Source of the DNA: Planctomycetota bacterium
Lineage (GTDB): Bacteria > Planctomycetota > Planctomycetia > Planctomycetales > Planctomycetaceae
Direction: 5' to 3'
Assembly (NCBI GenBank): GCA_041161565.1
Contig: JBEAUF010000156.1
Coordinates: 9,916-73,915, forward strand
DNA length: 64,000 bases
In this document: in pieces, positions 8,792 to 19,154 of the stretch
Position numbering within the stretch: the first letter of the stretch is position 1
Layout of the letters: each line of letters begins with the position of its first letter
Notes under the pieces: model-generated
The model's input: the letters and a program-made list of their open reading frames with translations, nothing else
Databases searched by the model: none
Told to the model about the DNA's origin: nothing
Program-made: the position numbers and the translations under genes

Positions 8792-9667
8792 GTGCATCAG
8801 ATTTCGTTTCGAACCTGCCTGATCTTCACCGCCATTCACCTTCTGTCGCCGGGCAGCATTCTCGCGGATGACCTTGCACGCGGACTGGTGTTCCTCGCTC
8901 CATTTGACGGCAGCTTCGATGCAACCGTCGGCACTGACCGCACCCTCTGCACCGCAGAAAATCTCAAGCGCCAGGTGATCAGTCGGGGAAATCAGCGTTC
9001 CGACGTGCACCTTGTCCCCGACGCCGGCCGGTACGGCGGTGCGTTGCGTTTCACCGATGGCGCGGCCACCCAGGTAACCATGTTCCACGGCAGCAACACG
9101 GGCTACCGCAGCCAGAATTGGTCAGGCACAGTATCCATGTGGCTGCGACTGAGCCCCGATGAGGATTTGAAGCCCGGCTACTGCGATCCCCTGCAGATCA
9201 CCGACAAGGAATGGAATAACGCCGCTTTCTTCGTGGATTTTGACAAGGATCTGCCGCGTGTGTTTCGACTGGGTGTCTTCCCCGACTACAAATCCTGGAA
9301 TCCTCGCGACACCCCATGGGAGCAGATCGCAGTTGCCGAACGCCCGATGGTGCCGGTACCACGCCCGCCCTTCCGACGCACCGAATGGACGCATGTGGCA
9401 TGGACTTTTTCAGGACTCAACAGCGATGGCTCCGACGGACTCGCCGAACTTTACCTCAACGGCCAGTCCCAGGGCAGGCTGAAACGCCCCATGACCTTCT
9501 CATGGCAACTCGACAAAACCGCAATTATGCTTGGAATTGCATACACGGGTGACTTCGACGAATTGGCCATCTACGACCGCGCCCTGTCCGCCGCAGAGGT
9601 CGAGACACTCTATCGCCTGCCGAAGGGTCTGACGGGAATCATTCCAGCCAGTTCCGGGAACCGTTAG
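8792..9667 (+). CDS. secreted LamG (concanavalin A-like lectin/glucanase) domain protein
   Basis: GTG start at 8792 with AGAGGAG 8 nt upstream. The signal peptide is MHQISFRTCLIFTAIHLLSPGSILA. The terminal motif GDFDELAIYDRALSAAEVETLY is typical of LamG-domain proteins. Confidence 0.8.
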   Translation: MHQISFRTCLIFTAIHLLSPGSILADDLARGLVFLAPFDGSFDATVGTDRTLCTAENLKRQVISRGNQRSDVHLVPDAGRYGGALRFTDGAATQVTMFHGSNTGYRSQNWSGTVSMWLRLSPDEDLKPGYCDPLQITDKEWNNAAFFVDFDKDLPRVFRLGVFPDYKSWNPRDTPWEQIAVAERPMVPVPRPPFRRTEWTHVAWTFSGLNSDGSDGLAELYLNGQSQGRLKRPMTFSWQLDKTAIMLGIAYTGDFDELAIYDRALSAAEVETLYRLPKGLTGIIPASSGNR

Positions 9668-9670
9668 GCA

Positions 9671-12600
9671 TCATATTTTCTGCGGAGCTCGTGCGCCATT
9701 CCGCTGAAATTCGTCTCCACCGGAGAAATCCGGAACCGGAGCACCGGTGAGGAGTGAAAAGTGGGGGCCCCTCAGCGCGGGCTGCAGCGGGGCCGAGGAG
9801 TCCGCGTCTGCAGTCGGGAACTCGGCAATCTCAAAGATCCGGGACACCGCCGGATCAGCATGGCCGTCACTGCGTTCGGGCACCGCAGTCAGCCTGACGG
9901 CCTTGCGGTCGGCTGCCGCCTCCAGAACTGCACCCAGTGGTCCGGCCAGCAGTGCTGGGAGCAACACGGCATCGCCCCAGAGTGCCGCAGCGACCAACGC
10001 TGCCATGATCCAGCCGAAGCGGCTGATCAGCAGCAGTTCGACCGGCATCAGTGCCAGCATTCCCAGAGCGATCACAGCCGAACTCTGCCAGAGTGCCGGG
10101 CCGCATCGGGCCAGTGCCTGTGCGGCTGCAGACCTGCGATCCAGGCGATTCTGCAGACCATCACGAAACGCCTCAAGCATGTGCAGGGTTCCGTCCACAG
10201 CGATTCCCATGGCAACTGACGCAGTAATCATGGTTCCAACATCAACGCGAATCCCGCAGGCACTGATCAAACCAAAAACAATCAGCACCGGCAGCACATT
10301 CGGCAGCATGGCAATCAGACCGGCTGTCACGCTCCGCAACTGCAGCGACATCACTCCACCGATCAGTACAAAGGCCACTCCAAAGCTCCAGATCAGGCTT
10401 TCCAGCAGAGCCTGCTGGGTTCTTAGAAAAATCGGCACCAGCCCTGTCACGGTGCAGACAGGAGCCCCGCCATTGAGCCCGGCAAGTTCAGTTCTCGTAA
10501 TCTCCGTCAGCTCCTCGGTCAGCTGTTCGAAATCGCTTTCTGAAAGAATACAAGCCTGACAACCGATCCGCCAGATCTCATCCCCGGCGCGGTGCAGCAC
10601 CCGCCGGCCTTCGGCGTCCAGCGAGGCTGTGCGGGACGGTACAGCCAGCAGCGAAGTGATCATCGAAGGCTTTTCACGAGGCGCCGTCACGGCCTCACGA
10701 ATGCGATCTTCCAACAATTCACCTCGAACCCTTCCCCCAGGCCTGCGAGACGCGCGCGGCACCTGCCCTGAACCTTCCCCGGCCGCCTGTTCCGCGTCCG
10801 GACAGATAAAGGAAGCAAGTGATAAAGCCCCGCTGATCTGAGGGTGCTGCTGCAGCCGTTTCTGCAGACGCATCACGGCCCTCGCACGCTGCTCCAGTGA
10901 CAACGTCTCCTGCAGCGTCGCATTGAAGCGAACGATCGCGTCCACAGGCACAATGCCTGACAGCTCATTTTCTATCCGCTGATAGTCCTGAACGAGATCT
11001 GAGGCCTTTGGAAAACTGCAGATGGCGCGGGTCTCGGTTTTGAAATCAGCAAGACCTGCAAACGCCGCGGCTGCGGCTGCCGCTGTCAGCAGCAGGTTCA
11101 CTCCGGACCAGTTCAGCAGCCATCGTCCGAAGCGTCCCCACACGACGGAATCCTGCTGTGCAGCAGGCAGCGGAGGCTCCGGCCAGAGTCGCATCATTGC
11201 TGGCAACAAATACAGCACGGCTGCGAGCGACAGCACACAGCCAATGGCCGCGAACAAGCCGAATTCCCGAACCGGGATCAGCGTTCCGGAGACGAGTGAT
11301 CCCAGCCCGATCGCCGTGGTTCCAGCCGATAATGCACAGGGCAGCCAAGCCTGACGAACCGACTCCGCCACTGCCACCGCCGGATTACCGTGCGGAGACT
11401 GTCGCCAGTAGTTGCAAAGGTGCATGGCGCCAGAAATGGTGATGACAAACAACAGCGTCGGCATGACAGCCAAAACCATGTTCATCGAACCACCCAGTGG
11501 TGTAACAAGTGCTGTCGCGGCCATTGAGGTCAGCAGGGCGGTCAGCTGTACCATCAGGCACAGGCGGAAACTGCGAAGCATGAACCATGAGCAGGCAAAT
11601 CCCACACAGGCAGACGCCAGAATCGGGGACCGCAGCCACAAGTTCCAGGCGGCGGCATCGGAGTTCCAGGCGGCCTTGCACACTGCCGTATTCAATTCGG
11701 CAGCCGCAACGCTCCGCCCGCCCAGCCACAGTGACTCCGGGCTGATACCGGCTTCAGCTGCCGCCGTCTGAATGGCGGCTATCGTTGCTTCATGGTCGAG
11801 ACTGCCTGCGTCGCTCAACAGAACCGAGACACCAGCGGTTGCCCCCGGCACCTGCCAGAGATCGGTCACCACCGGCGCTGTTCCCAGACCATCAACCTGC
11901 AGCTCCCGCAGGGCCTGCAGAAATTCCGCGTTCCGCTGCTCCTCACGATGCATGCCGTCCCAGGACAGTTGCACATCGGCCTTTCGCTGATCCGTCACGT
12001 AGGCAGACAGATCATCAAACAGGCTCCACGCGGCCGCATCATCCGGAGCCAGACGGGCTGATGACGGGGCCGGGAGCACCCGGGTCACGCTGCGAACCTG
12101 AATGCCGAATCCTCTCCGCCCCAGCTCCACCGCGGCCTCTGCCACACTCTGCGCAAATGGCTGAGCAGTTTCGCTCAAAGCCAGACAGATCGGCCCATCT
12201 CCGGTCAGAAGTCCCGAGGTGCGTTTCAAAGCCTCTTCGAGCGATACATGCTGATCACGCATGCGACGCAGAAGGTCTGCCGGACGTGTGACCGCGGCCA
12301 CCAGGGGCGACCCGCCTTCGCGTTCACCCGTCAGCATTGATCCCGCCAGTTTCAGCGAAAACTCGTCAATCTTCGGATCGGTAACCGAACAGCCATCCCA
12401 CGATACCAGGATCCGATCCTGGTCCGGAAACAATTCCTGATGCCAACTGAGCAGCTGTGACTGTTCATCATCCTGTGGCAGCCAGCCGGCAACATCATTC
12501 TTCAGATCAAGATGCGTGAGAGAATAGGCCATCAAGGGCAGCAGAAACGCGGCCAGAGCGAGCAATCGAACGGAACGTTTCCGGTCCGGATGTTCCCCAT

Positions 12601-12682
12601 GGAGCTGCGTTTCCAGCATTTCTGCAACCTTCCTGTCGAGTCCCCTGATCTGGTTCGGGATTCGCGTCCCGCTCTCCTGCAT
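9671..12682 (-). CDS. MMPL/RND-superfamily transporter
   Basis: 1003 aa with two blocks of about six TM helices separated by large soluble loops. It is a paralogue of the 38480..40750 product, sharing the N-terminal pattern DV.GWLP...E.....F....I.VSW.GC...D. An alternative ATG at 12619 has AGGAAGG upstream. Confidence 0.85.
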   Translation of the reverse strand: MQESGTRIPNQIRGLDRKVAEMLETQLHGEHPDRKRSVRLLALAAFLLPLMAYSLTHLDLKNDVAGWLPQDDEQSQLLSWHQELFPDQDRILVSWDGCSVTDPKIDEFSLKLAGSMLTGEREGGSPLVAAVTRPADLLRRMRDQHVSLEEALKRTSGLLTGDGPICLALSETAQPFAQSVAEAAVELGRRGFGIQVRSVTRVLPAPSSARLAPDDAAAWSLFDDLSAYVTDQRKADVQLSWDGMHREEQRNAEFLQALRELQVDGLGTAPVVTDLWQVPGATAGVSVLLSDAGSLDHEATIAAIQTAAAEAGISPESLWLGGRSVAAAELNTAVCKAAWNSDAAAWNLWLRSPILASACVGFACSWFMLRSFRLCLMVQLTALLTSMAATALVTPLGGSMNMVLAVMPTLLFVITISGAMHLCNYWRQSPHGNPAVAVAESVRQAWLPCALSAGTTAIGLGSLVSGTLIPVREFGLFAAIGCVLSLAAVLYLLPAMMRLWPEPPLPAAQQDSVVWGRFGRWLLNWSGVNLLLTAAAAAAAFAGLADFKTETRAICSFPKASDLVQDYQRIENELSGIVPVDAIVRFNATLQETLSLEQRARAVMRLQKRLQQHPQISGALSLASFICPDAEQAAGEGSGQVPRASRRPGGRVRGELLEDRIREAVTAPREKPSMITSLLAVPSRTASLDAEGRRVLHRAGDEIWRIGCQACILSESDFEQLTEELTEITRTELAGLNGGAPVCTVTGLVPIFLRTQQALLESLIWSFGVAFVLIGGVMSLQLRSVTAGLIAMLPNVLPVLIVFGLISACGIRVDVGTMITASVAMGIAVDGTLHMLEAFRDGLQNRLDRRSAAAQALARCGPALWQSSAVIALGMLALMPVELLLISRFGWIMAALVAAALWGDAVLLPALLAGPLGAVLEAAADRKAVRLTAVPERSDGHADPAVSRIFEIAEFPTADADSSAPLQPALRGPHFSLLTGAPVPDFSGGDEFQRNGARAPQKI

Positions 12683-12961
12683 TCGGCAATTCCTGCCGGC
12701 AAACCAAACTCGAAAGCGTTTTCTGCCGCGCCGCTGCGGAAGCCCCGGAGACCCGGATCATTTGCGGCATCTGGAGAAAACAGCGAACTTCCTCCCGAAC
12801 TGCCGCGTTTGCCGTTTAAGCAATCTCTGCCACCTCGCTTGCTCAAAGTTGCAATTGCCAGCCAAACAGCGTTCAATCCGGTTTTACGCAATCGGCCGCT
12901 TCAGGTGTTTTCCCCAAAAACGCCGGCCAGGCGGCGCCGTCTTCCCAGGAAATCTTCACAC

Positions 12962-13978
12962 ATGCTGGCTGGATGCTTTCCGGCGGCTCGCCGAGTGGAA
13001 CTGGTCGAAGTGCCCGAACCAGCATTCCCGGACGCCTCGCTGCCACCCGAACAAGTGCTTTTTCAGCCCGAAGTCACCTGCCTGTGCGGCTCAGATTTGC
13101 CTTTTTTCGACGCCGCTTTCGAAGGCCACCCGATTCCCTATCCACAACCCGTTGGTATGTCACTCCACGAGATGGTGGGCACAGTGATTCGGTCCACCAG
13201 CAATCGCTGGTCTGAGGGCCAGCGTGTGCTTGCTGTTCCACTCGGTCAGCGTGGACTCTTCGAACGCTGCGTCGTCCCGGCCGACCGCATCGTTCCCCTG
13301 ACTCCGGGGCTGGCTGATGAATTTGCAATGCTTGCCCAGCCCTTCGGAACCGTCATTCACGCACTCAAAAAACTCCCTAACATGATCGATCGTGACGTGG
13401 TTGTGCTGGGGCAGGGGCCCATCGGCCAGATGTTCAATGCAGGCCTGCGAAATCTGGGCGCTCGCCGCATTATCGGCATCGATCCACTCCCGCTGAGACT
13501 CCAGCACAGCCACCGGCTGGGCGCCACTCACACCATCGCCGCAAACGGTCGGGACTCGGTTGAGCAGGTCCGAAAGCTGCTTGATGGCGAGCTGCCGGAT
13601 GTGGTAGTCGAAGCCGTAGGCCACCGTGCGCATGCGGTCAACGATGCAATCGAGCTTGTACGCCCCGAGGGTCGCGTGCTCATTTTTGGCGTACTCCCCA
13701 CGTCCATCGACGGCATTAACCTTCGCGCTGCGCTCTGGAAAAATGCTCAAATTCTTACCAGCCTGCACCCGGACTTTGAACGCACATTTCCCCTGGCCAT
13801 GCAGTGGATCGCGGAAGGTCGCGTCAATCTGGCACCGCTGATCACGCACCGCTTTCCCCTGAATCAGCTGCAGCAGGCGTTTGACGTTTTTCGTGATCGC
13901 ACCGATGGGGCACTCAAGGTGATCGTGCACTTTCCGGCATCAGTCTTCGGACAGCAGGTGCAGATCAGCCACCGCTGA
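12962..13978 (+). CDS. zinc-type alcohol dehydrogenase family protein (MDR superfamily)
   Basis: The track ORF starts at 12512 but overlaps the upstream divergent gene. The ATG at 12962 gives a 338-aa product with CLCGSDL and SLHEMVG zinc-ligand regions and the Rossmann motif VVVLGQGPIGQ. Confidence 0.85.
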   Translation: MLAGCFPAARRVELVEVPEPAFPDASLPPEQVLFQPEVTCLCGSDLPFFDAAFEGHPIPYPQPVGMSLHEMVGTVIRSTSNRWSEGQRVLAVPLGQRGLFERCVVPADRIVPLTPGLADEFAMLAQPFGTVIHALKKLPNMIDRDVVVLGQGPIGQMFNAGLRNLGARRIIGIDPLPLRLQHSHRLGATHTIAANGRDSVEQVRKLLDGELPDVVVEAVGHRAHAVNDAIELVRPEGRVLIFGVLPTSIDGINLRAALWKNAQILTSLHPDFERTFPLAMQWIAEGRVNLAPLITHRFPLNQLQQAFDVFRDRTDGALKVIVHFPASVFGQQVQISHR

Positions 13979-14032
13979 TCACAGCCCTGCCAGGGGTCAT
14001 TCCCTCAATCTCAAGCTTTTTGAGGTACTCAC

Positions 14033-15028
14033 ATGGCGAAAAAAGCCATCCAGACAGACAGTGAACGGCACCGCACAACCGGCTTCGCCCGCTGCGGCGA
14101 GGGAGCGGATGGTCCCGCTACGCCGGCTCAGCTTGTGCATGACGGAGACACCATCAACGTGCAGCTCGACGGTAATCTCGGCCTGAGGCTGCTTGGCGTT
14201 GATACTCCTGAGATCAGCTTCTCGCTGCCGACCCAGCCCGGATCCGGTAATAAGTCCGTCTTTCTCGGGCTCGATGACCCCCGCTGGACCGAATTCCTCG
14301 CCAATCCTTTCGCCGATCGCTGGGGCCCCCTGCCTGTCTCCATCCCTGATCGTCTGCGCGCCTGGTTCTCGGCTCGCACGGGTCCCGATGCCGCCGTCGC
14401 CCACTACGAACATGCTGTCGCCTCGCGCGAGGAATTCCGCCGTCAGGTGGAACGGGACATGCAGATCATGCAGCAGGATCCCCGCACCTTCCGCTTCTAC
14501 ATGAACTTTGGATTCGAAATCACGGATGGTTACGGTCGACTGCTCTGCATGCTCAACCGCAATCAGCCCAATCCCACACAACCCACTCCCCGGCCTCCCA
14601 CCTACAACCTCAGGCTCCTCGAACGCGGCCGCGCATTCCCCTATTTCATCTGGCCTAATGTCAATCCATGGGAACGACCCGAAACCATAGATGAAGCCGT
14701 AATTCCCCCCGGAGCCGCCCGCAGGATGGCGGAAGCAGACAGCGAACTCATCCGCGCACGCGGCGCCGTACGCAAGGCCCGCAGCGAACATGTTGGGATC
14801 TTTGACACCATGCGTCCGCTGCTGCTGGAACCATTCGAACTTCGCAGCCTTGCCCGACGCAGCAACCCCTCAAGATTTCTCATCGACCTCAACTCCGATT
14901 CCAGCGAACTCATTCACCCGTTGAACTACCCGTCTGTACCATTCCCGGAAGACCGACTCTGGATTCCCAGCTCCTACGTGCCGCTCTTTGAGAAAGCTGG
15001 CTGGACCCGCCAGCAGGCCCCAGCATGA
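14033..15028 (+). CDS. staphylococcal-nuclease (SNase/thermonuclease)-like domain protein
   Basis: 331 aa. HDGDTINVQLDGNLGLRLLGVDTPE, DGYGRLLCML and NLRLLERGRAFPYFIWPN follow the SNase fold signature. No signal peptide is seen. Its stop overlaps the punA start (ATGA at 15025). Confidence 0.7.
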   Translation: MAKKAIQTDSERHRTTGFARCGEGADGPATPAQLVHDGDTINVQLDGNLGLRLLGVDTPEISFSLPTQPGSGNKSVFLGLDDPRWTEFLANPFADRWGPLPVSIPDRLRAWFSARTGPDAAVAHYEHAVASREEFRRQVERDMQIMQQDPRTFRFYMNFGFEITDGYGRLLCMLNRNQPNPTQPTPRPPTYNLRLLERGRAFPYFIWPNVNPWERPETIDEAVIPPGAARRMAEADSELIRARGAVRKARSEHVGIFDTMRPLLLEPFELRSLARRSNPSRFLIDLNSDSSELIHPLNYPSVPFPEDRLWIPSSYVPLFEKAGWTRQQAPA

Positions 15029-15945
15029 TGCCGGCTGGAGCTGCCGCAAACAGCATCGCTGCTGCTGAATCCTTCCGACGGCTGGCCGGCCTGCCACAGC
15101 ACTGGACGCCCGCCGCGGCCGTTGTGCTGGGCTCCGGCCTTGGCGGAACTGCCACTCGCCTGCTGGACAACGCCACACACCGGACGCACCTGGCCTCCGG
15201 ATTCCCGGTTGTCGAGGCCGCGCAACTTCCCGGTATGGCACCGTCGCGCGTCGCCGGGCACAGCGGACAGTTTGCCGCCGGATTCATGGACGGAGTCCCG
15301 ATCCTGTTCCAGCTGGGACGCATTCATGCCTACGAAGGGCATTCGTTTCACGCGGTGACCGCCAGCGTCCGATTTTTTGCAGCACTCGGCGCTCCCATCC
15401 TGGTACTGACAAACGCGGCCGGTGGAATTCACTCGGATTTCCGCCCGGGAGATTTCATGCTCATTCGCGATCACCTCCGCATGCCAGCAAACATCAGCGT
15501 CACCTGTTCCGGCCTCACAAATGCTTCCATCCAGCATCGCGGCCTGTGGACCCCGGAATTACTGAACACGGCCCTCACTATCCCTGGAGACCTCCATCTG
15601 CATTCTGGAATCTACGCCATGATGCCGGGCCCAGCCTACGAAACACCCGCCGAAGTCCGCATGCTCCGTGCACTCGGAGCCGACGCAGTGGGGATGAGCA
15701 CCGTTCCGGAAGCTCTGCAGGCCGCAGCGCTCGGTATCCGCGTCCTTGGTATCTCGTGCATCACAAACATCGCAGCAGGACTGCAGAATCATCCGCTCAG
15801 CCACGCCGAAGTCACCGAAACCGGCAACCGCGTCGAAGCTGCCTTCGCCGCATGGATCCGCCGTGTGCTGCTCACCATCACGGCCGGTCAGCACAACACC
15901 ATCGGAATTTCACAGGAACACTCGCCGACCGACGCCGACGGTTGA
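15025..15945 (+). CDS. punA: purine nucleoside phosphorylase (trimeric PNP/MTAP family)
   Basis: 306 aa with LGSGLGG, GHSGQF, LTNAAGG and ADAVGMSTVPEALQA motifs characteristic of PunA-type PNP. Confidence 0.9.
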   Translation: MMPAGAAANSIAAAESFRRLAGLPQHWTPAAAVVLGSGLGGTATRLLDNATHRTHLASGFPVVEAAQLPGMAPSRVAGHSGQFAAGFMDGVPILFQLGRIHAYEGHSFHAVTASVRFFAALGAPILVLTNAAGGIHSDFRPGDFMLIRDHLRMPANISVTCSGLTNASIQHRGLWTPELLNTALTIPGDLHLHSGIYAMMPGPAYETPAEVRMLRALGADAVGMSTVPEALQAAALGIRVLGISCITNIAAGLQNHPLSHAEVTETGNRVEAAFAAWIRRVLLTITAGQHNTIGISQEHSPTDADG

Positions 15946-16022
15946 GTTTGCATTTCCCACTTTTTTTTCCCAGGATGCTGCAGAGTGTCGCAAATTCCAG
16001 GGCCTGAGGGTTCGGTGAGGGC

Positions 16023-19000
16023 ATGGCGATGAATCATTCAGCTGCGTATCCGAGTAGTTTCCAGAAGCCTTTCACAACCCGGATGTTCGGCAGACTGACG
16101 CTGCTGTTCGCCTGCCTGACCGTAAACACCGCGTCAGCCCAGCTTCCCGCCACGCGACTGGATGCCATCCATCCCTCCGGCGCTGCCCCCGGCCAGACTC
16201 TCGATGTCACTCTCATCGGTGCAGACCTCGATGACACCGCAGTGCTGCAGTTTGGCCATAGCGGCATCACCGCCACGCGAAAAATGTCTGAGCCAACTCC
16301 CTTTGACGATGGCCCACAGCCGGTGGAAAACGTGTTCACCGTGACGGTCGCCGGCGATGTGCCACCCGGAGAATACGACGTCCGCTGCCAGGGTCGTTTT
16401 GGCTTTTCAAATTCCCGCCGTTTCAGCATCAACTCCGCTGCCCACGTCGTCGAGGCGGAACCCAACGGCGGCGGTGACACACCGAAATGGGTGGAACTCG
16501 ACGGCAAACGCACAAATCCCGCCACTGAAGTCAACCTTCCCGCAGTCCTCCACGGCCAGGCTCTTGGCCCCGCCGATGTGGACTGGTACCGCTTCACGGT
16601 CAAAGCCGGACAGCGCGTCGTTGCCACCGCATTCTGTCGCCGCATGGACTCGCGGATGTCCCCCGTGCTCACACTGCACCGTGCCGACGGCGCAGTGCTC
16701 GGAGAATCTCAGATCGGTCTCTCCGGGGAAGCCGTGGTGGAAACAACCGCAGCGGCAGATGAAGAGGTGTTCCTGAAGGTGCACGACATTGTCTATTCCC
16801 AGGGAGCCCCCTACGTCTATCGTATCCAGGTGGCCGCAGGCCCCCAGGTTGACTTTGTGTTCCCGCCCGCCGGCCTTCCAGGCACTACTGGTCAATTTGT
16901 GATCTACGGACGCAATCTCCCCGGAGGCCAGCCGAGTCCGTGGGTCATCGATGGCCTGCCGCTGCAACAACTCCCGGTCAACATCGGCATCCCGGGTGAT
17001 GCCACCGGCCGACTGCGGTTCAGCTCACTTATCGAACCGCACCAGGCCGGTCTGGACGGATTTGAATACCAGTTGCCAGGGGACAACTCCGGAAACTCAC
17101 TCCTGATCACCCTCGCCACCGCCCCGCCGGTTGTTGAACAACCGAACGAACGCCCCGAGGCTGCTCAGAAACTGACTCTCCCCTGCGAAGTCCTGGGACA
17201 GTTTTACCCTCAGCGCGATGTGGACTGGTACGAATTCACCGGAGTGAAGGATGAAGTCTGGTCCATTGAAGTCATCTCACAACGACTGGGCCTGCTGACA
17301 GACCCCACGATTTTCATCCAGCAGGTCACCACAGACGACAAAGGACAGCAGAAGATCACGGATGCTGCCATGGTGGATGATCTGCCGATCGTCAACAACA
17401 ATGCACGCACGGGTCGTCACGAATTCGATGAGCGAACCAGCGACCCATCGTTATTGTTCAAGGTGCCCGCAGATGGCGTTTACAGAATTCTGCTGCGTGA
17501 TGCCCTGAGCGCGGTCCGCTCCGATCCGCGACTCGCCTATCGCCTCGCCATCCGCAAACCCCTGCCGGACTTTCGGATCGCTGCCGTTCCCGCACAGTCA
17601 GGCAGCGGCCTGCTGCTGCGGCGTGGCGGACGCGAGGCCATTCGGCTGCTGGTCTGGCGTCAGGATGGTTACGATGGTGAGATTCGAGTAACCGCGGCAG
17701 GACTGCCGGAGGGTGTTACCGCGGAAGAAAGCATTATCGGCCCAGGCAACAGTTTCGGCCTGCTGGTGCTGACCGCGGCAGATGGAGCCAGGGGAGTGAG
17801 CGATCTGGTACTCACCGCCAAAGCCGTCATCAACGGCAGCGAAACCCAGCGCGAAGTGCGAATCGGGGCGGCCGCAGTCCCCTCACAGACAAACCAGCCC
17901 GGAAACAACGTGCCCTCTGTACGTGCCCGACTTGTTTCCGGAATCCGGGTCAGCGTCTCGGAATTCGAAGCCGCACCGCAAACCCTCTCCATCGGAACGG
18001 CCGGTCAGGTCCTCGAAACATCCCGAGGTGGCGTCGTGAAAATTCCGTGGGAAGTTCGGCGAGCAGACGGTACTGCTGGAAACATCACGGGCTTTCCGCT
18101 CAACGTACCTCCGGGAACTACCGCCCAGCAGGTCAACATCGGAGGCAATCCGAAGGGAGAATTTGAACTGCGTTTCACCAGTACTGCGGTGCCGGGAACG
18201 TATTCCCTGCATCTGGCCGGATTCAACCAGGGAATGCAGTACAAGCGTTATCCCGAAATGGTGGACCGCGCAAAGGAGCGACAGGCCCGCGTCAGTAAGG
18301 TCCTCATGGAGGCACAGCAGAAAGTCCGGATGCTGACCGAGGAGAACCAGAAACTACAGGCCGAACTGACAGCAGCCACCGCCGCCCAAACCACAGCCAC
18401 AACGGCCAGACAACAGGCCGCTCAAAAGGCCTCTGCCGCCGCAACCGCTCTGCAACAGGCCGAAACCACCCTGAAACAGAAACAGGAACAGTCCGCCGCC
18501 AACCCGGCTGACGAAAGCCTAAAAAAACAGGCTGCCGAAGCTCTGACTGCCCACGATAACGCAAAGAAAGCAGATGCCGATGCCAAACAGGCAGCCGCCG
18601 ATGCCGAAGAAAAACTCAAAGTCGCCACCGAAAAACGCACAAATGCCGATGCCGCAAGAACTAAAGGCCAGACCGAGCTGACCACTGCCCAGCAATTCCA
18701 GCAGACTGCCCAACAGGAAAAAACTCGCGCTGATCAGTTCGTGAACCAAAAACAACAGGAGGCCAATGCCCGAGCCGTGAACGTCGAACTGCCCTCCAAC
18801 TCCATCGTCCTGCGGCTCGCAGATCATCCGCTGAACGTCGATGGACTCCCCCAAAACGCCACAGTCGCTCAGGGAGCCAAAGCCGAAGTCGTCATCAAAA
18901 TCGCCAGAAAATTCGACTTCAAAGGCCCGGTCACCGTGCAAACGGTGCTGCCGCCCGGAGTTGTCGGACTGCAGATTCCCAATGCAACCATTCCAGACAG

Positions 19001-19154
19001 TCAGGACGAGGTCAAGTTCGAAGTTACGGCCGCAGCCAATGCCTCCAGCGGTGAACACGCCGCAAAACTTCGCCTGCAGATCAACTTCAACGGCCAAACC
19101 ATCGTGGTTGAACAGCCATTTGCCCTCCGCGTTACCGAGGTCAAATCGCCATAA
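16023..19154 (+). CDS. large secreted protein with two pre-peptidase C-terminal (PPC)-like domains and a long Ala/Gln/Lys coiled coil
   Basis: 1043 aa with a signal peptide (MFGRLTLLFACLTVNTASAQ; an alternative ATG lies at 16083). DVDWYRFTVKAGQRV and DVDWYEFTGVKDEVW are PPC-type motifs. Roughly residues 760-930 are heptad-like and rich in A, Q, K and T. Confidence 0.8.
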   Translation: MAMNHSAAYPSSFQKPFTTRMFGRLTLLFACLTVNTASAQLPATRLDAIHPSGAAPGQTLDVTLIGADLDDTAVLQFGHSGITATRKMSEPTPFDDGPQPVENVFTVTVAGDVPPGEYDVRCQGRFGFSNSRRFSINSAAHVVEAEPNGGGDTPKWVELDGKRTNPATEVNLPAVLHGQALGPADVDWYRFTVKAGQRVVATAFCRRMDSRMSPVLTLHRADGAVLGESQIGLSGEAVVETTAAADEEVFLKVHDIVYSQGAPYVYRIQVAAGPQVDFVFPPAGLPGTTGQFVIYGRNLPGGQPSPWVIDGLPLQQLPVNIGIPGDATGRLRFSSLIEPHQAGLDGFEYQLPGDNSGNSLLITLATAPPVVEQPNERPEAAQKLTLPCEVLGQFYPQRDVDWYEFTGVKDEVWSIEVISQRLGLLTDPTIFIQQVTTDDKGQQKITDAAMVDDLPIVNNNARTGRHEFDERTSDPSLLFKVPADGVYRILLRDALSAVRSDPRLAYRLAIRKPLPDFRIAAVPAQSGSGLLLRRGGREAIRLLVWRQDGYDGEIRVTAAGLPEGVTAEESIIGPGNSFGLLVLTAADGARGVSDLVLTAKAVINGSETQREVRIGAAAVPSQTNQPGNNVPSVRARLVSGIRVSVSEFEAAPQTLSIGTAGQVLETSRGGVVKIPWEVRRADGTAGNITGFPLNVPPGTTAQQVNIGGNPKGEFELRFTSTAVPGTYSLHLAGFNQGMQYKRYPEMVDRAKERQARVSKVLMEAQQKVRMLTEENQKLQAELTAATAAQTTATTARQQAAQKASAAATALQQAETTLKQKQEQSAANPADESLKKQAAEALTAHDNAKKADADAKQAAADAEEKLKVATEKRTNADAARTKGQTELTTAQQFQQTAQQEKTRADQFVNQKQQEANARAVNVELPSNSIVLRLADHPLNVDGLPQNATVAQGAKAEVVIKIARKFDFKGPVTVQTVLPPGVVGLQIPNATIPDSQDEVKFEVTAAANASSGEHAAKLRLQINFNGQTIVVEQPFALRVTEVKSP

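Noticed and set aside
13997-14791. 264-aa minus-strand ORF overlapping the SNase-like gene
   Set aside because: The plus-strand frame carries the SNase signature (GDTI...LLGVDTPE, DGYGRLL) and is translationally coupled to punA. The minus-strand product is Gly/Ala/Arg-rich and featureless.
15025-15945. PNP-domain protein as an anti-phage effector (Detocs or CBASS-like), with the neighbouring nuclease
   Set aside because: The sequence is a standard trimeric PunA-type housekeeping PNP (GSGLG, GMSTVPE). No sensor, cyclase or two-component partner is adjacent, and no other defence genes or mobile elements flank it.
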